Origin: Vulcanimicrobiota bacterium | GTDB lineage: Bacteria > Vulcanimicrobiota > Vulcanimicrobiia > Vulcanimicrobiales > Vulcanimicrobiaceae | Direction of reading: 5' to 3' | DNA length: 64,000 nucleotides | Assembly: GCA_963795855.1 (NCBI GenBank) | Contig: CAWCIZ010000003.1 | Coordinates: forward strand, 960,001-1,024,000 | Shown: positions 1 through 10,401 of the stretch, in pieces | How the letters are laid out: the number at the start of each line of letters is the position of its first letter | Numbering within the stretch: the stretch's first letter is position 1 | The notes under the pieces: model-generated | What the model saw: the letters and a program-made list of their open reading frames with translations, nothing else | Databases searched by the model: none | Told to the model about the DNA's origin: nothing | Translations under genes and position numbers: made by a program

Positions 1-1
1 T

Positions 2-700
2 CGCCGGCTCGCCGAGCCGTTCGCGGGCGGCCTTGCCGTCACGCTCGGGCTGCTTCCGCGGCGAGCGCTGCTCAACGATGCGAATCCACATCTCATTTCG
101 TTCTACCGGTGGCTGCAGCGCGGTCTGGATGCGACGACGACCGGCATCCGCTTCGCGAACGACCGCGCGGTCTACGCGCACAACCGCACCCGGTTCAACG
201 AGTTGATTCGCGAAAACCGCATGGAAAGCGCCGAGGCGGCAGCGTTGTTTTATTATCTCAATCGCACGGGCTACAACGGGTTATGCCGGTTCAATGCACG
301 CGGATTTTTCAACGTTCCGTTCGGGCGCTACAAACAGCCGCCGTACCGCGAAGATTTTACGCCGTACAAACGCGCGCTCGCGCACTACGAATTCACGCAG
401 GGCGACTTCGAGAACATGCCGCTGCAAAGCGCGGATTTCGTCTACGCCGATCCGCCGTACGACGTCGAATTCACCGCATATTCGGCGGGCGGATTCACGT
501 GGGACGATCAAAAGCGCCTCGCGCGGTGGCTGGCGGCGCATCCGGGGCCGGTCGTCGCGTCGAATCAGGCAACGCCGCGAATTCTGCGCCTGTACCGCAA
601 ACTCGGTTTTTCGATTCGCGTCGTCGACGCGCCGCGCCGCATCAGCTGCGACGGCAATCGCGACGACGCCAAAGAAATGGTCGCCGTGAGGAATCTTTGA
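2..700 (+). CDS. dam: DNA adenine methyltransferase, Dam/D12 family (5' truncated by window)
   Basis: Frame from nt 2 reads EPFAGG (SAM motif I), LNDANPHL, YLNRTGYNGLCRFN..G.FNVPFG, DFVYADPPY (motif IV). Confidence 0.92.
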   Translation, partial: RRLAEPFAGGLAVTLGLLPRRALLNDANPHLISFYRWLQRGLDATTTGIRFANDRAVYAHNRTRFNELIRENRMESAEAAALFYYLNRTGYNGLCRFNARGFFNVPFGRYKQPPYREDFTPYKRALAHYEFTQGDFENMPLQSADFVYADPPYDVEFTAYSAGGFTWDDQKRLARWLAAHPGPVVASNQATPRILRLYRKLGFSIRVVDAPRRISCDGNRDDAKEMVAVRNL

Positions 701-1147
701 TGGGCATGCTGTTTCCGGGAAGCATCGGCACGAAGACCGGTTCCACGCTCGAGGTCAGCGTCGAAGCGGTGCTGCTCAACAACAGTCTACGCCGTGCGCA
801 AGCAGCAAATCGTCGGCAGCAAACCGGGCGGCGGACGCCACAAAGCCGATATCGTGGGGATGCGTCCGAACGGCTCCCAGTTTCTCGTTTCGCTCAAGTG
901 GCAGCAGACGACGGGGAGCGCCGAAGAGAAGATTCCGTTCGAAGTGATCAAACTGCTGCACGCGCTGCGCGAGAACCCGTCGGTCTTCGACAAGGCCTAC
1001 ATCGTCGTCGGCGGCGACGGCTTCACCGCGGGACTCGTCGAGTTCTATCTTTCCGACGAGTTCCGTTCGTATATCCGCGACTCGCACAAGATCGAGATCC
1101 TCACGCTGAACGACGTCATCACGCGCGCGAACCGCGGCGCCCTTTAG
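700..1147 (+). CDS. Small PD-(D/E)XK-family nuclease, putative restriction endonuclease (frameshift ~787)
   Basis: ATG overlaps the methylase TGA. MGMLFPG..TGSTLE joins RHKADIV..LVSLKWQQTTGSAEEKIPFEV in another frame; D..SxK-type catalytic pattern. Confidence 0.7.
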
Positions 1148-1171
1148 TCTGCGGTCGCAGTATCGAATCGT

Positions 1172-1666
1172 TTAGCCCGCCGGGACGAACACCAGCGCCA
1201 ATCCGTCGATACAGTAGCGCAATCCGGTCGGCGGCGGACCGTCGTTGAAAACGTGACCGAGGTGTCCGCCGCATTGACGGCAGTGGACTTCGGTGCGGGG
1301 ATCGATCAGCTCGTAGTCGGCGCGCGTCAAGAGCGCGCCTTGCAACGGACGATAGAAACTCGGCCAGCCGTCGCCGCTGTCGTATTTCGTTTTCGAAGAG
1401 AACAATGCGAGCGCGCACCCGGCGCAGCGGTACGTTCCGGCGCGGTGCTCTTTCAGCAATGGGCTGCTCTCGGCCGGTTCGGTCCCGTTCTGACGCAAGA
1501 TGAAGTAGCGGTTGGGGCCGAGCAACTTGCGCCATTCCTCGTCCGTGTGCGTGACGGGATATGCCGGCGCGGCTTTTGCGCGTCCGAGCGTTGCGGCGAT
1601 AGAGGCGGCGCCGAAGAACCCCGCCGCGCGCAGCCAACCCGCGCGCGTTACAGTTTTACGTGACAT
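1172..1666 (-). CDS. msrB: Methionine-R-sulfoxide reductase B with export signal peptide
   Basis: GTEPA, CAGC, KYDSGDGWPSF, CRQCGGHLGHVFNDGPPPTGLRYCID; N-terminal signal ending AKA. Confidence 0.95.
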   Translation of the reverse strand: MSRKTVTRAGWLRAAGFFGAASIAATLGRAKAAPAYPVTHTDEEWRKLLGPNRYFILRQNGTEPAESSPLLKEHRAGTYRCAGCALALFSSKTKYDSGDGWPSFYRPLQGALLTRADYELIDPRTEVHCRQCGGHLGHVFNDGPPPTGLRYCIDGLALVFVPAG

Positions 1667-2124
1667 GCGACACCGTGCTTCTCGAAATAGCGCTGATGAT
1701 AGTCTTCAGCGCGATAGAACTCTTGCGCGTCCGCGATTTGCGTGACGATCGGGCGCGAGTGATTGCGCTGTTCGGCGGCAAGCGACGCTTCGGCTCACTC
1801 TCGCTGCTGCGGCCCGTGCGTGAATATGGCGGAGCGATATTGCGATCCCACGTCCGGTCCTTGGCGGTTCGCCGTCGTGGGATCGTGAATCTGCCAAAAA
1901 ATGCGCAGCAGATCGTCGTAACTGACGCGGTCTGCATCATAGCTGACTTGCACAGCCTCCGCGTGGCCCGTGCCGTCGCCGCAAACCTCACTGTAGCTCG
2001 GGTTGCGCGTATGACCACCGGTGTAACCACTGACGGCATCCAAGACCCCCGGAACTTGACGGAAGGCCGCTTCGACGCCCCAGAAGCATCCGGCGGCGAA
2101 CGTTGCCGTTTCGATCTTGCTCAT
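1648..2124 (-). CDS. msrA: Methionine-S-sulfoxide reductase A (in-frame TGA at 1795-1797)
   Basis: [36 protein letters not shown]. After the TGA the same frame continues [32 protein letters not shown]. Confidence 0.9.
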
Positions 2125-2166
2125 ACACTCAAGGAACGCCGCCCGGCGGCGCTTGGATTCACCGCC

Positions 2167-3810
2167 TCAGCGCGAGTTTTTCGAACGGCGCCAAAACTGC
2201 AGGCCCATGGGCATCGCCGACGGCGTCATCGGGTCGAGATCGTAGCCGGTCAAGTTCTTCGGAACGACCGCGCCCAGGCGGTTCGAATAGAGAAAAATCA
2301 CCGGCAGATCGCGGCTCGCGAGCTGCTGATAGCGGTCAAGCGCAGCGCGCGAGCGCGCCGGCGAGGAAGCGGTACGCGCTCTCGCGATCGCTTCATCGAT
2401 CTGCGGGTTGCTGTAAAAGCCGGCGTTGTAGCCGCCGTTCGAAACGGTTTGCGTCGAATAGTAGAACTTGTAATCGTCGGGATATGGCTCCAGAACCACG
2501 CCGCGCAGCGCAAGTTGGAAGTTGCTGTGATGCAGATCGACGAAGAACGTTTGAATCTCTTCATTGTCGAGCGTGCAGCCGATGCCGACGGCTTTGAACT
2601 CCGCCTGAATCAGTTCCGCGATGTCCGCGGCAACCGCGTCCGTAGCGCCGCCCGTTTTTAGGCTACTTGCATAATGACGCCGTCTTTCGATCGAACGCCT
2701 CCATGCAAATGCCAACCGGCGGCATCGAGCATCTGCGCGGCGCGTCGCGGATCGTACGAATATACTCGCAGCGATCGGTCGTAGTACGGCGAGAACGTCG
2801 GAATCGGGCCATTGAGTACGTCCGCCTGACCGCTCATAATGCCCTGCGTGATGAACCTACGGTTGATGGCGTACATCAAGGCCTGCTTCACGTGCGGATC
2901 GTGAATCCATGGGATCGCCGGATCGTGGTAGTTCGGCAGCAGCAAGAACGTAACGTTCCACGGCCAGTTCACGAACTTGTGATCGCCGCGAAGGCGATCG
3001 TGCACGCGCCACAGATTGGGTGGAATGTCCGTCACGTCGATCTCGCCGGCGTCGACTGCGGCGTAGAGCGAATCTTGTTGCGGATAAACGCGAAAGGCAA
3101 CTTCGCTGAGATACGGTTTCGGCCCCCAATACGTGGAGTTTCGTTCGAGAATGATGTACGAATCGGGAACGTTGCGTTTGATGCTCCACGCACCGCCGGT
3201 TACCGGATGTTGCGAAAACTGCGCGTCCGCATTGACGAACCGCGCTTCCGCCTCGGAACCGGGCGGGTATTTCCCGAGCACGTGCTCCGGCAGCAGCAGC
3301 GTGTCGTTGCGCGAGAGCGCGTTCTCCAGAAACGGCGGCGACGGGCCGCTCAAACGCAATTCGACCGTGTACGGGTCGATCGCCCGCACGGAACGCAGCA
3401 GCGTGAAATCGCCGCTTTTGCTCTGGATCAGATGGGGATTGCTCTCCAGCAGGATCGTGAAAACTGCGTCCTTCGCGGTCATCGGCGCGCCGTCTATCCA
3501 GCGCGCGCCGCGCCGCAAATGCAGCACGTAGCGCGTTCCGCCATCCGTCACGTCGACCCGGTACGCCAGGCTCGTCGACCAGCGCGGCTTCATATCCGGG
3601 CCGAGATCGATCAGCGGCGTGTAAATCAAATCTGCGATCGTAGTCGCCGCCGAGCCGATGGTGACGTATGGGTTGAATCCGGCGGGACCGGCGATCCAAC
3701 CCGCGACCACCATGTCGGCATTGCTCGTTTCGGCACTGCGCGCTCCGCAGCGCGGCGAGCAGCAGCGCGAGCGAAATTGCTGCGCAGCGCAGCGCTCGAC
3801 GGCAGATCAC
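2167..3810 (-). CDS. Peptide/nickel ABC transporter substrate-binding protein, family 5 (frameshifts ~3750 and ~2700)
   Basis: DGAPMTAKDAVFT, VTGGAW, VKQALMYAINR, YDPRRAAQMLDAAGW, YSNPQIDEAI; probable lipoprotein N-terminus. Confidence 0.88.
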
Positions 3811-4684
3811 GGCCCGTCCATTGCGCGATCTTCGCGCTCGCGCAGCCAGTCGCCGACGAAATTGAATGCGCAGACGCTGAACAATATCGCCAAGCCGGGC
3901 GGTAAAATCAGCCACCACGCGCCCGCGAAGATGTCGCTCTGCGCGCCGGAAAGCAGATTGCCCCACGACGGAATCGGTAAGCGCACGCCGATGCCGAGAT
4001 ACGAAAGCGCCGTTTCTGCGAGCATCGCGCTCGCGATCATGAACGTCGTCGTCGTAATGATCGTTCCGACCGCATTCGGCACGACGTGGCCGAAGATGAT
4101 GCGGCGATCGGTAGCGCCGATGGAGCGGGCCGCCTCGACGAAGAGCCGCTCTTTGAGTGAGAGTACGTCGCCGCGCACTAATCGTGCCGGCCCGAGCCAC
4201 GACGTCGCGCCGATGACGAGCATGAGGGCGAGCAGATTTCCGTGGAACATCGCGGCAAGAAACAGCAGCAGAAACAGCGTGGGAATGCTGAGCAGCACGT
4301 CGACGACGCGCATCAGCAGCGTATCGATCCACGACCCATAGTAGCCGGATACCGCGCCATAGATCGTGCCGATACCCATCGCGACGATCGCCGCGACGAT
4401 ACCGACGCCCAGCGTGATGCGTCCGCCTGCGAGCAGGCGCGCCAGTTCGTCGCGGCCCAAGGCGTCCGTGCCGAGCCAGTGTACGCCGCCCGGCGCATCG
4501 TACGCGTGCGTTACGTCCGTTGAAAACGCACCAACGTGGAGGAGCGATGGACCTGCCGCGCAGGCCACCGCCGCCAACGCGATCCAGCCCAGCTGAGGGC
4601 GGCAACGGGCGTCACGCGAATGCGCCGCCATTTCGGAGCTTCCGCCGTTTCGTCGACGGGAATAACGATCGCGGCTTCAGTCAT
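3807..4684 (-). CDS. oppC: Peptide ABC transporter permease, OppC/DppC-like (frameshift ~4590)
   Basis: HWLGTDALGRD, EAA loop FVEAARSIGA, ETALSYLGIG, PSWGNLL. Confidence 0.9.
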
Positions 4685-5630
4685 AGCGCACACGCGGATC
4701 CACGACGCCGTACAGCACGTCGGCGCACAAATTGCCCGCTATCACGAGCATCGCGGTAATGACGGTCATTCCGAGAAGCGTCGCGTAATCGCGATCCGTG
4801 GCCGACTGCCAGAAGAGCTGCCCCATTCCGGGATACGCGAAGATTTGCTCTGTGATCACCGCGCCGCCGAAGAGCGCCGGAACCGTACCGCCCAGAAGCG
4901 TGATGAACGGAATGAGCGCATTCCGCAACGTGTGTTTGAAAAGCACGCGGCGCTGCGGTAAACCTTTCGCAATTGCGGTGCGCGCGTAATCCTCGCGCAA
5001 TTGTTCCACCATGCTGCCGCGGATATACCGGCTCCAGCCGGCCATCGAAACGATGGCGAGCGTCGCGGCCGGAAGTACTAAGTGCGCGATGCGCGATGGC
5101 CAATCGAACGCCGCCGTGTCGATCGTTTGCAGGCCGCCGACGGGCAGCCAGCGCAGCGTCACCGCAAAAACGGCGATGAGTATCGTTCCGAACCAGAAAG
5201 TCGGCATCGACCACGCCATGAACACCGCGACCGACGCCGTGCGGTCGAATGCGGTATTGCGCCGGTACGCTTGATACACGCCGAGCGGAACGGCCAACAG
5301 AATCGAAACGCAAAGAGCACAGCCCATCAGCAGCAGCGTTTGCGGCAAACGCCCAGCGATGAGCGCGGTTACGGGCTGCTGACGAATGTACGAAAAGCCG
5401 AGATCGCCGTGCAGCAGTGCACCCAGCCAAATCGCGTACTGTTGCGGCCACGGGCGGTCGAGTCCGAGTTCGTGCGTGATCGCGGCGACCTGCGCCGGCG
5501 TCGCTTTTTCACCCGCAAGCGCGAGCGCCGGACCGCCCGGCGCGAGATGTATGAGCGCGAACGTAACGATCGTCACGCCCACCAGCGTCGGAATCGCCAG
5601 CAGCAGGCGCTTAAGGACGAACGTGGTCAT
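4677..5630 (-). CDS. oppB: Peptide ABC transporter permease, OppB/DppB-like
   Basis: LGLDRP..QY, GDLGFSY, DYARTAIAKGL, ITEQIFAYPGMG, DVLYGVVDPRVR. Confidence 0.93.
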   Translation of the reverse strand: MTTFVLKRLLLAIPTLVGVTIVTFALIHLAPGGPALALAGEKATPAQVAAITHELGLDRPWPQQYAIWLGALLHGDLGFSYIRQQPVTALIAGRLPQTLLLMGCALCVSILLAVPLGVYQAYRRNTAFDRTASVAVFMAWSMPTFWFGTILIAVFAVTLRWLPVGGLQTIDTAAFDWPSRIAHLVLPAATLAIVSMAGWSRYIRGSMVEQLREDYARTAIAKGLPQRRVLFKHTLRNALIPFITLLGGTVPALFGGAVITEQIFAYPGMGQLFWQSATDRDYATLLGMTVITAMLVIAGNLCADVLYGVVDPRVRYD

Positions 5631-5638
5631 TCATGCCG

Positions 5639-7136
5639 CTACCAGCGATAGTTGCCGATTGCGTCCCACTGATACGGCTGCGTGCCGTCCCAAGCGAAGA
5701 AGATCTCGCCGATCGCGCCAAGTTCTTTGCTGACGTCGAGCGAGGCGGTGATTTCGTCCGCCGGGGGATAGCCGTTCGGTCCTTCGGCGTCGGTTTGTCC
5801 GCCTATGCTGATGGGATCGCTGCTGCGCGAAAGATAGCGAAGGCGATTGTACGAGCCTCTGAGCAGCACGCGGACTTGCGCGGCGGTGGTAGGTTTGCGT
5901 CGCATCATGCGCCAGTACGACATCGGCTGCAGCACGCTCACGAACCGCGCAATCTGCGGAAACGGATATTTCTTGTTGTTCAAATGTTCGAGGTAGGGAT
6001 CTTCGACGTTCGCCGCTACCAGATAGTCGGGCCCGAGGGCCTGCCGCACCGACTGCGCGTATTTCCAAAGCGCATCGAGACCTTGCGGATCGTCGCCGAG
6101 AAATTCGTCGCCACGCTCGACGTCGATTGCGACGCCGGTCAGCGGCGTGCCCTTGGCGGTGCGGTAATACGCGCTGCGCACCGTCGCGCCGACGTCGTCG
6201 TAGAGTGTGTCGCGCGGCACCGTCCACCCGATCGTGCCGATACCGTGAGCGGCGAGCCCGTCGATGATTGCGTCGATCGTTGGCTTCGCTTCAGGCGTAA
6301 TCTCCCAATACGCGCCGTACGCGGTGCGCAGTTCGACGTAGTGCAAGTGCGCTTTTACCGCTTGCGCGACGATAGCGGCCGGATTGAGATGCTTGAAGTA
6401 AATTTGATCGAGCGGATTTCCCGTAAAGTACAGCCACATTGCCGTGCCTGATGCATTCGCGACGGCCGTTCGCGGCGGGGCGGGCATCGTGCGTACCGGG
6501 CCGAGTGCGACGGGCAGCGCGATCGGCGCGGTACAATTCGTACCGGTACGAAACGCCCGGCTGCACCGCAGTGTCGCGGAACGAAGAACTCGGGCCGGCA
6601 ATGACCGCTAACGTTTTTCCGCGTCCTGCGGCGTCGAGCCGCACGACCCGCGTCATTTTGCGCTCTTGCGGAAACCAGCCGATCTGCACGGCGTACGGCC
6701 CGAGCGCGCGCGCGATGACGCGCGGTCCGCGCCATGTGCGCGTGTCGGTTCGCAGCACGATAGGCGCGAACGCCGGTTGCGTGGAGTGTACGTTCATCGT
6801 CAGCACCCCCGCATGCCGCGCGTGCAAAATCGCGGAAGGTTGGCCGTAGCGCAGGCGCGTCTGCCATTGTACGAAACCGTCGCGTGAGGTCCAGTCGACG
6901 TTGCCGCCGGCCATCACGCGCGTCGGTTTTCCTTGCGCGTCCCAAAACCGTGCGATGACCAGCCAGCGCGCGTTCCCGTCCGGATCGAATCCGAGCGGAC
7001 GCGAATCGAGCGTCATGCGAACGGCCGGTTTGCCCCAGTATACCGGACCAGTGGGCGTCGCCGTCGGAATCGGCGCGGGCGTAGGCGTGGCTTGCGCGAG
7101 CAGCGCGGCGATGACGGCGAAAAGCGCGGATTTCAT
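5639..7136 (-). CDS. Secreted protein with FN3-like domain and C-terminal TIM-barrel glycoside-hydrolase-like domain (frameshift ~6520)
   Basis: Signal MKSALFAVIAALLAQA plus PT-rich linker; FRDTAVQPGVSYRYEL (FN3 end); GVAIDVE acidic motif, PMSYW. Confidence 0.6.
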
Positions 7137-7149
7137 ATTCGACTCTTCT

Positions 7150-7183
7150 ACAAAGAGAAGGGGCGATGCTTTCGCAACGCCCC
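7150..7183 (-). terminator. Intrinsic terminator after TBDR1
   Basis: GGGGCGTTGC-GAAA-GCATCGCCCC followed by TTCTCTTTGT. Confidence 0.7.
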
Positions 7184-7207
7184 ATTTTGAGTTTCCACGG
7201 ACCGGAC

Positions 7208-10168
7208 TTACATCCTCACACCTGCGTAGAAGTAGAACGTTCGCGGGCTTTGCGAGTAGTTCTGATAGATCAGTTGGCCAGGCGGTCCAACTACGCCGGA
7301 CTGCGGTCCGTCGAATGGCCAGCATCCCGTTCCGTTATATGGAGCGTAGTACGGGTCTCCGTTAGTGCACGGTGTCGTGTCGGTCGTATTGTTGAAGAGG
7401 TTGCTGACGGTGAAGCCAAGCGTGACCGTCGGCTTCGTGCCGAAGTCTTTGTAGACGTTGACTTTCGTCCACCACCAGCCGTGCGCGACCTGCTGCTGGC
7501 AGACGTCGAACAAGCCTGTGTTGGCGTTAGCGCACAGCGAGCCATTGGGATAGAAGAATGTGTCGCCCTGATAATACACGAGCGGATCGAAGTGGAAACC
7601 GTTCGAGTGGAAGTCCGCTAAGATCGTTCCACTCCACAGCGGATTCGCAGAATCCCGCAGCCGCAAACCAGAATTGATGAGGTAACTGGGCAATGGGAAA
7701 TTTATGTATGCCGCTGACAAACTCGTAGACGTCGTCCAGTAGTTGTCGTACGTTGCCGATAACCAGAACGATGTGCCCAGCGGCGCGTTGTTGATGTGGT
7801 TGAGCGCGAATTCGACGCCCATCGTGTTATGCTCGCCGTTGTTCGTGAGGATTGACGTTTTGGGGAAAAATGGTTTGCAAGCGGTTCCGCCAGGAACGAA
7901 CGAGCATGGTATACAGCTGCTGATGACCAGCACGTTGCAGCCGGTTTGGAAAAAGCCCAAGAACGGCCTGAATTGGTTGTAATAGTTTGTCGTCTTGTTG
8001 TAATAGGGGCCCACGCGCATCGTTGTGTTGTTGCCGAAGTTGTGTTCGTACAGCAACTCGGCTGCGTGGTTCTGCTGCGGCGCGAATGACGTTCCTGGAA
8101 GGAAGGGATTTCGCGCGGTGTTTCCTTGATCGAAGCCCGTATAGGCGGCGAGGGCCGAGGTGTAGACGTACGCGGACGCGATGAAGCTCGTGGTGTCCCC
8201 CCAGGAAAACTTCACGTCGTCGTTTGGCCCGAACGCGTACGTTCCGTTGAACGTCGGATCTATCGCGTGTGCCGTGTATCCGCCGCTGTAGACGTTGCAT
8301 GTTATGCCGGTCGGACAGACACCGTTGCCCGTGGCGTAGAGTTGATCGGCCGGGAACGCGTAATGACGCTGAGCGAACGTCACTCCCGGGCTAAGCAGCA
8401 GTTTGCCGATGTGAATATCCGGATTGAAATACGCGATTTGTTCGTTCGTCGGATAGTCTGCCTGCTCCGTAATTGAGGGATAGAGCAGCTGGCCGTTAGG
8501 CGGCGTCGTGTACGCAGCGGTGTCGTAATAGTTGAAGGTGTTGTGGTCCAATTCATGGCTCACGCCCGCTTTCAACGTGAGATGCTCGCTAAGCACGTTC
8601 GTGTAGTCCGCGGCGACTTGCCAGATGTTCGAGCGCCGATTGCCCCAGAATACCTGAATGCCGTCGCCGGACATGCACAAGTCGAACGGATCGCCTACCG
8701 GTAACTGTACCGGTGATCCGGCCGTATACGGATATGGCGGACATGTCGCGCCAAGAACGTTTTGCGACCAGCTATACGGAGCGCCGGGATTCTCCAGCCC
8801 CGGGATGTTTGGATCGGCCATCGGCTGATCGAAGATATACTCGTTGTAGTTGTCCGCGATTCGGAAATTCAGCGACTCGTGTTCGCTGAAGTCGTGGTTC
8901 CACTGGATCTTGCCCAGGCCGCCGTAGTGATGCCAGATATTTCCTTGACTGTTGCCGAGGGCACTCCATTGGATGCCGAGCGGACACGTCTGACCGTTGC
9001 CGGCGGTGCCGCCTGTAGCGTACGTGCCGTTGGCACCGAACGCCGGGGTTGCACCGGGACACGGCGCAACGGCAAGCGGCAGCGGTTCTCCCTGCGCACG
9101 CGTGAGGAAATAGTTGAAGTCGAAGTCGCCGAGGTCATTGGTCGCGACGATCTGGAAGTCGTTTTTCGCGTCGGGATGGTAGTGGAAGTTGCCGGCCCAA
9201 TTACGTTCCTTCACCGGTCCCGGCCCATCGCAATAGCATTGGGGAAAGACCACGCCGGGAAACGAGTATTCGCCGTAGTCATATTGATTCGCCGAATTGA
9301 CGCCCGTGAAGGCGAGGTAATACGAAAAGCGGTGGTTCGGTGATGCCCACCCGCGCTCGAAGCTGAGGTATTGGTTCTGCTCCGGCGTACTTGCCGTGAA
9401 GCTGAGCGTGGTAAAACCCGGGTAGGTTCCGGTTTTCATAACGGAGTTGAAGTATCCGGTACCGTTCACGGCACCGGCGCCGGCCAGACCGCCGGTATAG
9501 AGTTCGACGTTGCTCAGCCCGGTGTTCGAGACATTCGTCGTGAAAAATCCGACGATGCGATCCTGAATAGGAATTCCTTCGAACTCGTATCCGAGGTCCG
9601 TGACTTGACCGCCGCGGATGCGCGGCTGAGAGTTAATCGTTGCGGTGACGCCCGGCGTAATAGCCATCCACTGGTAGATCGTCTCGAGCGTGTTGACGGG
9701 GTTCGTTGCCGCCGTCAGTTGCGCTCCCGATACCGTGTAGACGTCGCTGGTCTCATTCGGCTTGACGAGGTTGGAGGAGCCGCTCGCGCGCACGGAAGCG
9801 ATCGTCTTGAGTTGACTTTGAAGTTGCTGGTTTACCCGTTGCGTTTGGTCTTGCGCGACCACGACGCCCGGAACGGATGCTGCAGCGTACCCTGACTTTT
9901 GGAACGAAACCGTGTACGTGTCGGGAATCAAATTGAGAATCGAGTAAAACCCATGCGCGTCAGTCGTCACGGATGCACTCTGAGAAGGAGAAGCGGCACT
10001 TACTTGCACGTCCGCAACAGTCTTGCCGGAAGCGTCCGTCACCGTGCCGGTGATGTTACCGGTATTGCCCGCGATTGCGGCTTGCGGAATGGCGATGCCG
10101 ACGAACAGCAACGCCGAAGCCAATACTGCTGCCGGAAATCGGGGCGTCCAAAGACGGAGATCTTTCAT
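7208..10168 (-). CDS. TonB-dependent receptor 1 (carboxypeptidase-regulatory-like domain + plug + beta-barrel)
   Basis: Signal peptide, GNITGTVTD..PDTYTVSF, plug motifs TPGV/PRIRGG/EGIPI/VELYTGG, C-terminal SNLFN..PRTFYFYAGVRM. Confidence 0.9.
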   Translation of the reverse strand: MKDLRLWTPRFPAAVLASALLFVGIAIPQAAIAGNTGNITGTVTDASGKTVADVQVSAASPSQSASVTTDAHGFYSILNLIPDTYTVSFQKSGYAAASVPGVVVAQDQTQRVNQQLQSQLKTIASVRASGSSNLVKPNETSDVYTVSGAQLTAATNPVNTLETIYQWMAITPGVTATINSQPRIRGGQVTDLGYEFEGIPIQDRIVGFFTTNVSNTGLSNVELYTGGLAGAGAVNGTGYFNSVMKTGTYPGFTTLSFTASTPEQNQYLSFERGWASPNHRFSYYLAFTGVNSANQYDYGEYSFPGVVFPQCYCDGPGPVKERNWAGNFHYHPDAKNDFQIVATNDLGDFDFNYFLTRAQGEPLPLAVAPCPGATPAFGANGTYATGGTAGNGQTCPLGIQWSALGNSQGNIWHHYGGLGKIQWNHDFSEHESLNFRIADNYNEYIFDQPMADPNIPGLENPGAPYSWSQNVLGATCPPYPYTAGSPVQLPVGDPFDLCMSGDGIQVFWGNRRSNIWQVAADYTNVLSEHLTLKAGVSHELDHNTFNYYDTAAYTTPPNGQLLYPSITEQADYPTNEQIAYFNPDIHIGKLLLSPGVTFAQRHYAFPADQLYATGNGVCPTGITCNVYSGGYTAHAIDPTFNGTYAFGPNDDVKFSWGDTTSFIASAYVYTSALAAYTGFDQGNTARNPFLPGTSFAPQQNHAAELLYEHNFGNNTTMRVGPYYNKTTNYYNQFRPFLGFFQTGCNVLVISSCIPCSFVPGGTACKPFFPKTSILTNNGEHNTMGVEFALNHINNAPLGTSFWLSATYDNYWTTSTSLSAAYINFPLPSYLINSGLRLRDSANPLWSGTILADFHSNGFHFDPLVYYQGDTFFYPNGSLCANANTGLFDVCQQQVAHGWWWTKVNVYKDFGTKPTVTLGFTVSNLFNNTTDTTPCTNGDPYYAPYNGTGCWPFDGPQSGVVGPPGQLIYQNYSQSPRTFYFYAGVRM

Positions 10169-10307
10169 AGGTGTTTTCTGCTCCATCGGGACCGCGGCGT
10201 TGTTCCATGCATCCCGCCCCGGGCCCCAGATAAAAGAAAAGCGACCGACGCGGCCCCGCGCTCGTTCGCTACGTGTATTTGCCGTAAAGGTCGCACCGAC
10301 TCCTGCG
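10169..10307 (-). promoter_or_regulatory. Conserved TBDR leader, copy 1 (promoter-like motif, hairpin + U-tract, second stem, RBS)
   Basis: Colinear similarity to 13317-13460; 31-nt hairpin at 10240-10270 with compensatory changes relative to copy 2. Confidence 0.65.
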
Positions 10308-10344
10308 TGAGTAAACCGGACGAGACCTCGCTTGCTTGTTTTTG

Positions 10345-10377
10345 AAGGAAAGAGGGCGGCGCTTTCGCACCGCCCTC
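10345..10377 (-). terminator. Intrinsic terminator after TBDR2
   Basis: GAGGGCGGTGC-GAAA-GCGCCGCCCTC then TTTCCTT; resembles the TBDR1 terminator. Confidence 0.7.
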
Positions 10378-10401
10378 CTGTTTGAGCCGAACGGCTTCGG
10401 T

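Noticed and set aside
1795..1797. Selenocysteine in MsrA
   Set aside because: TGA is not at a Cys-equivalent position (GCFWG is intact) and I see no convincing SECIS downstream.
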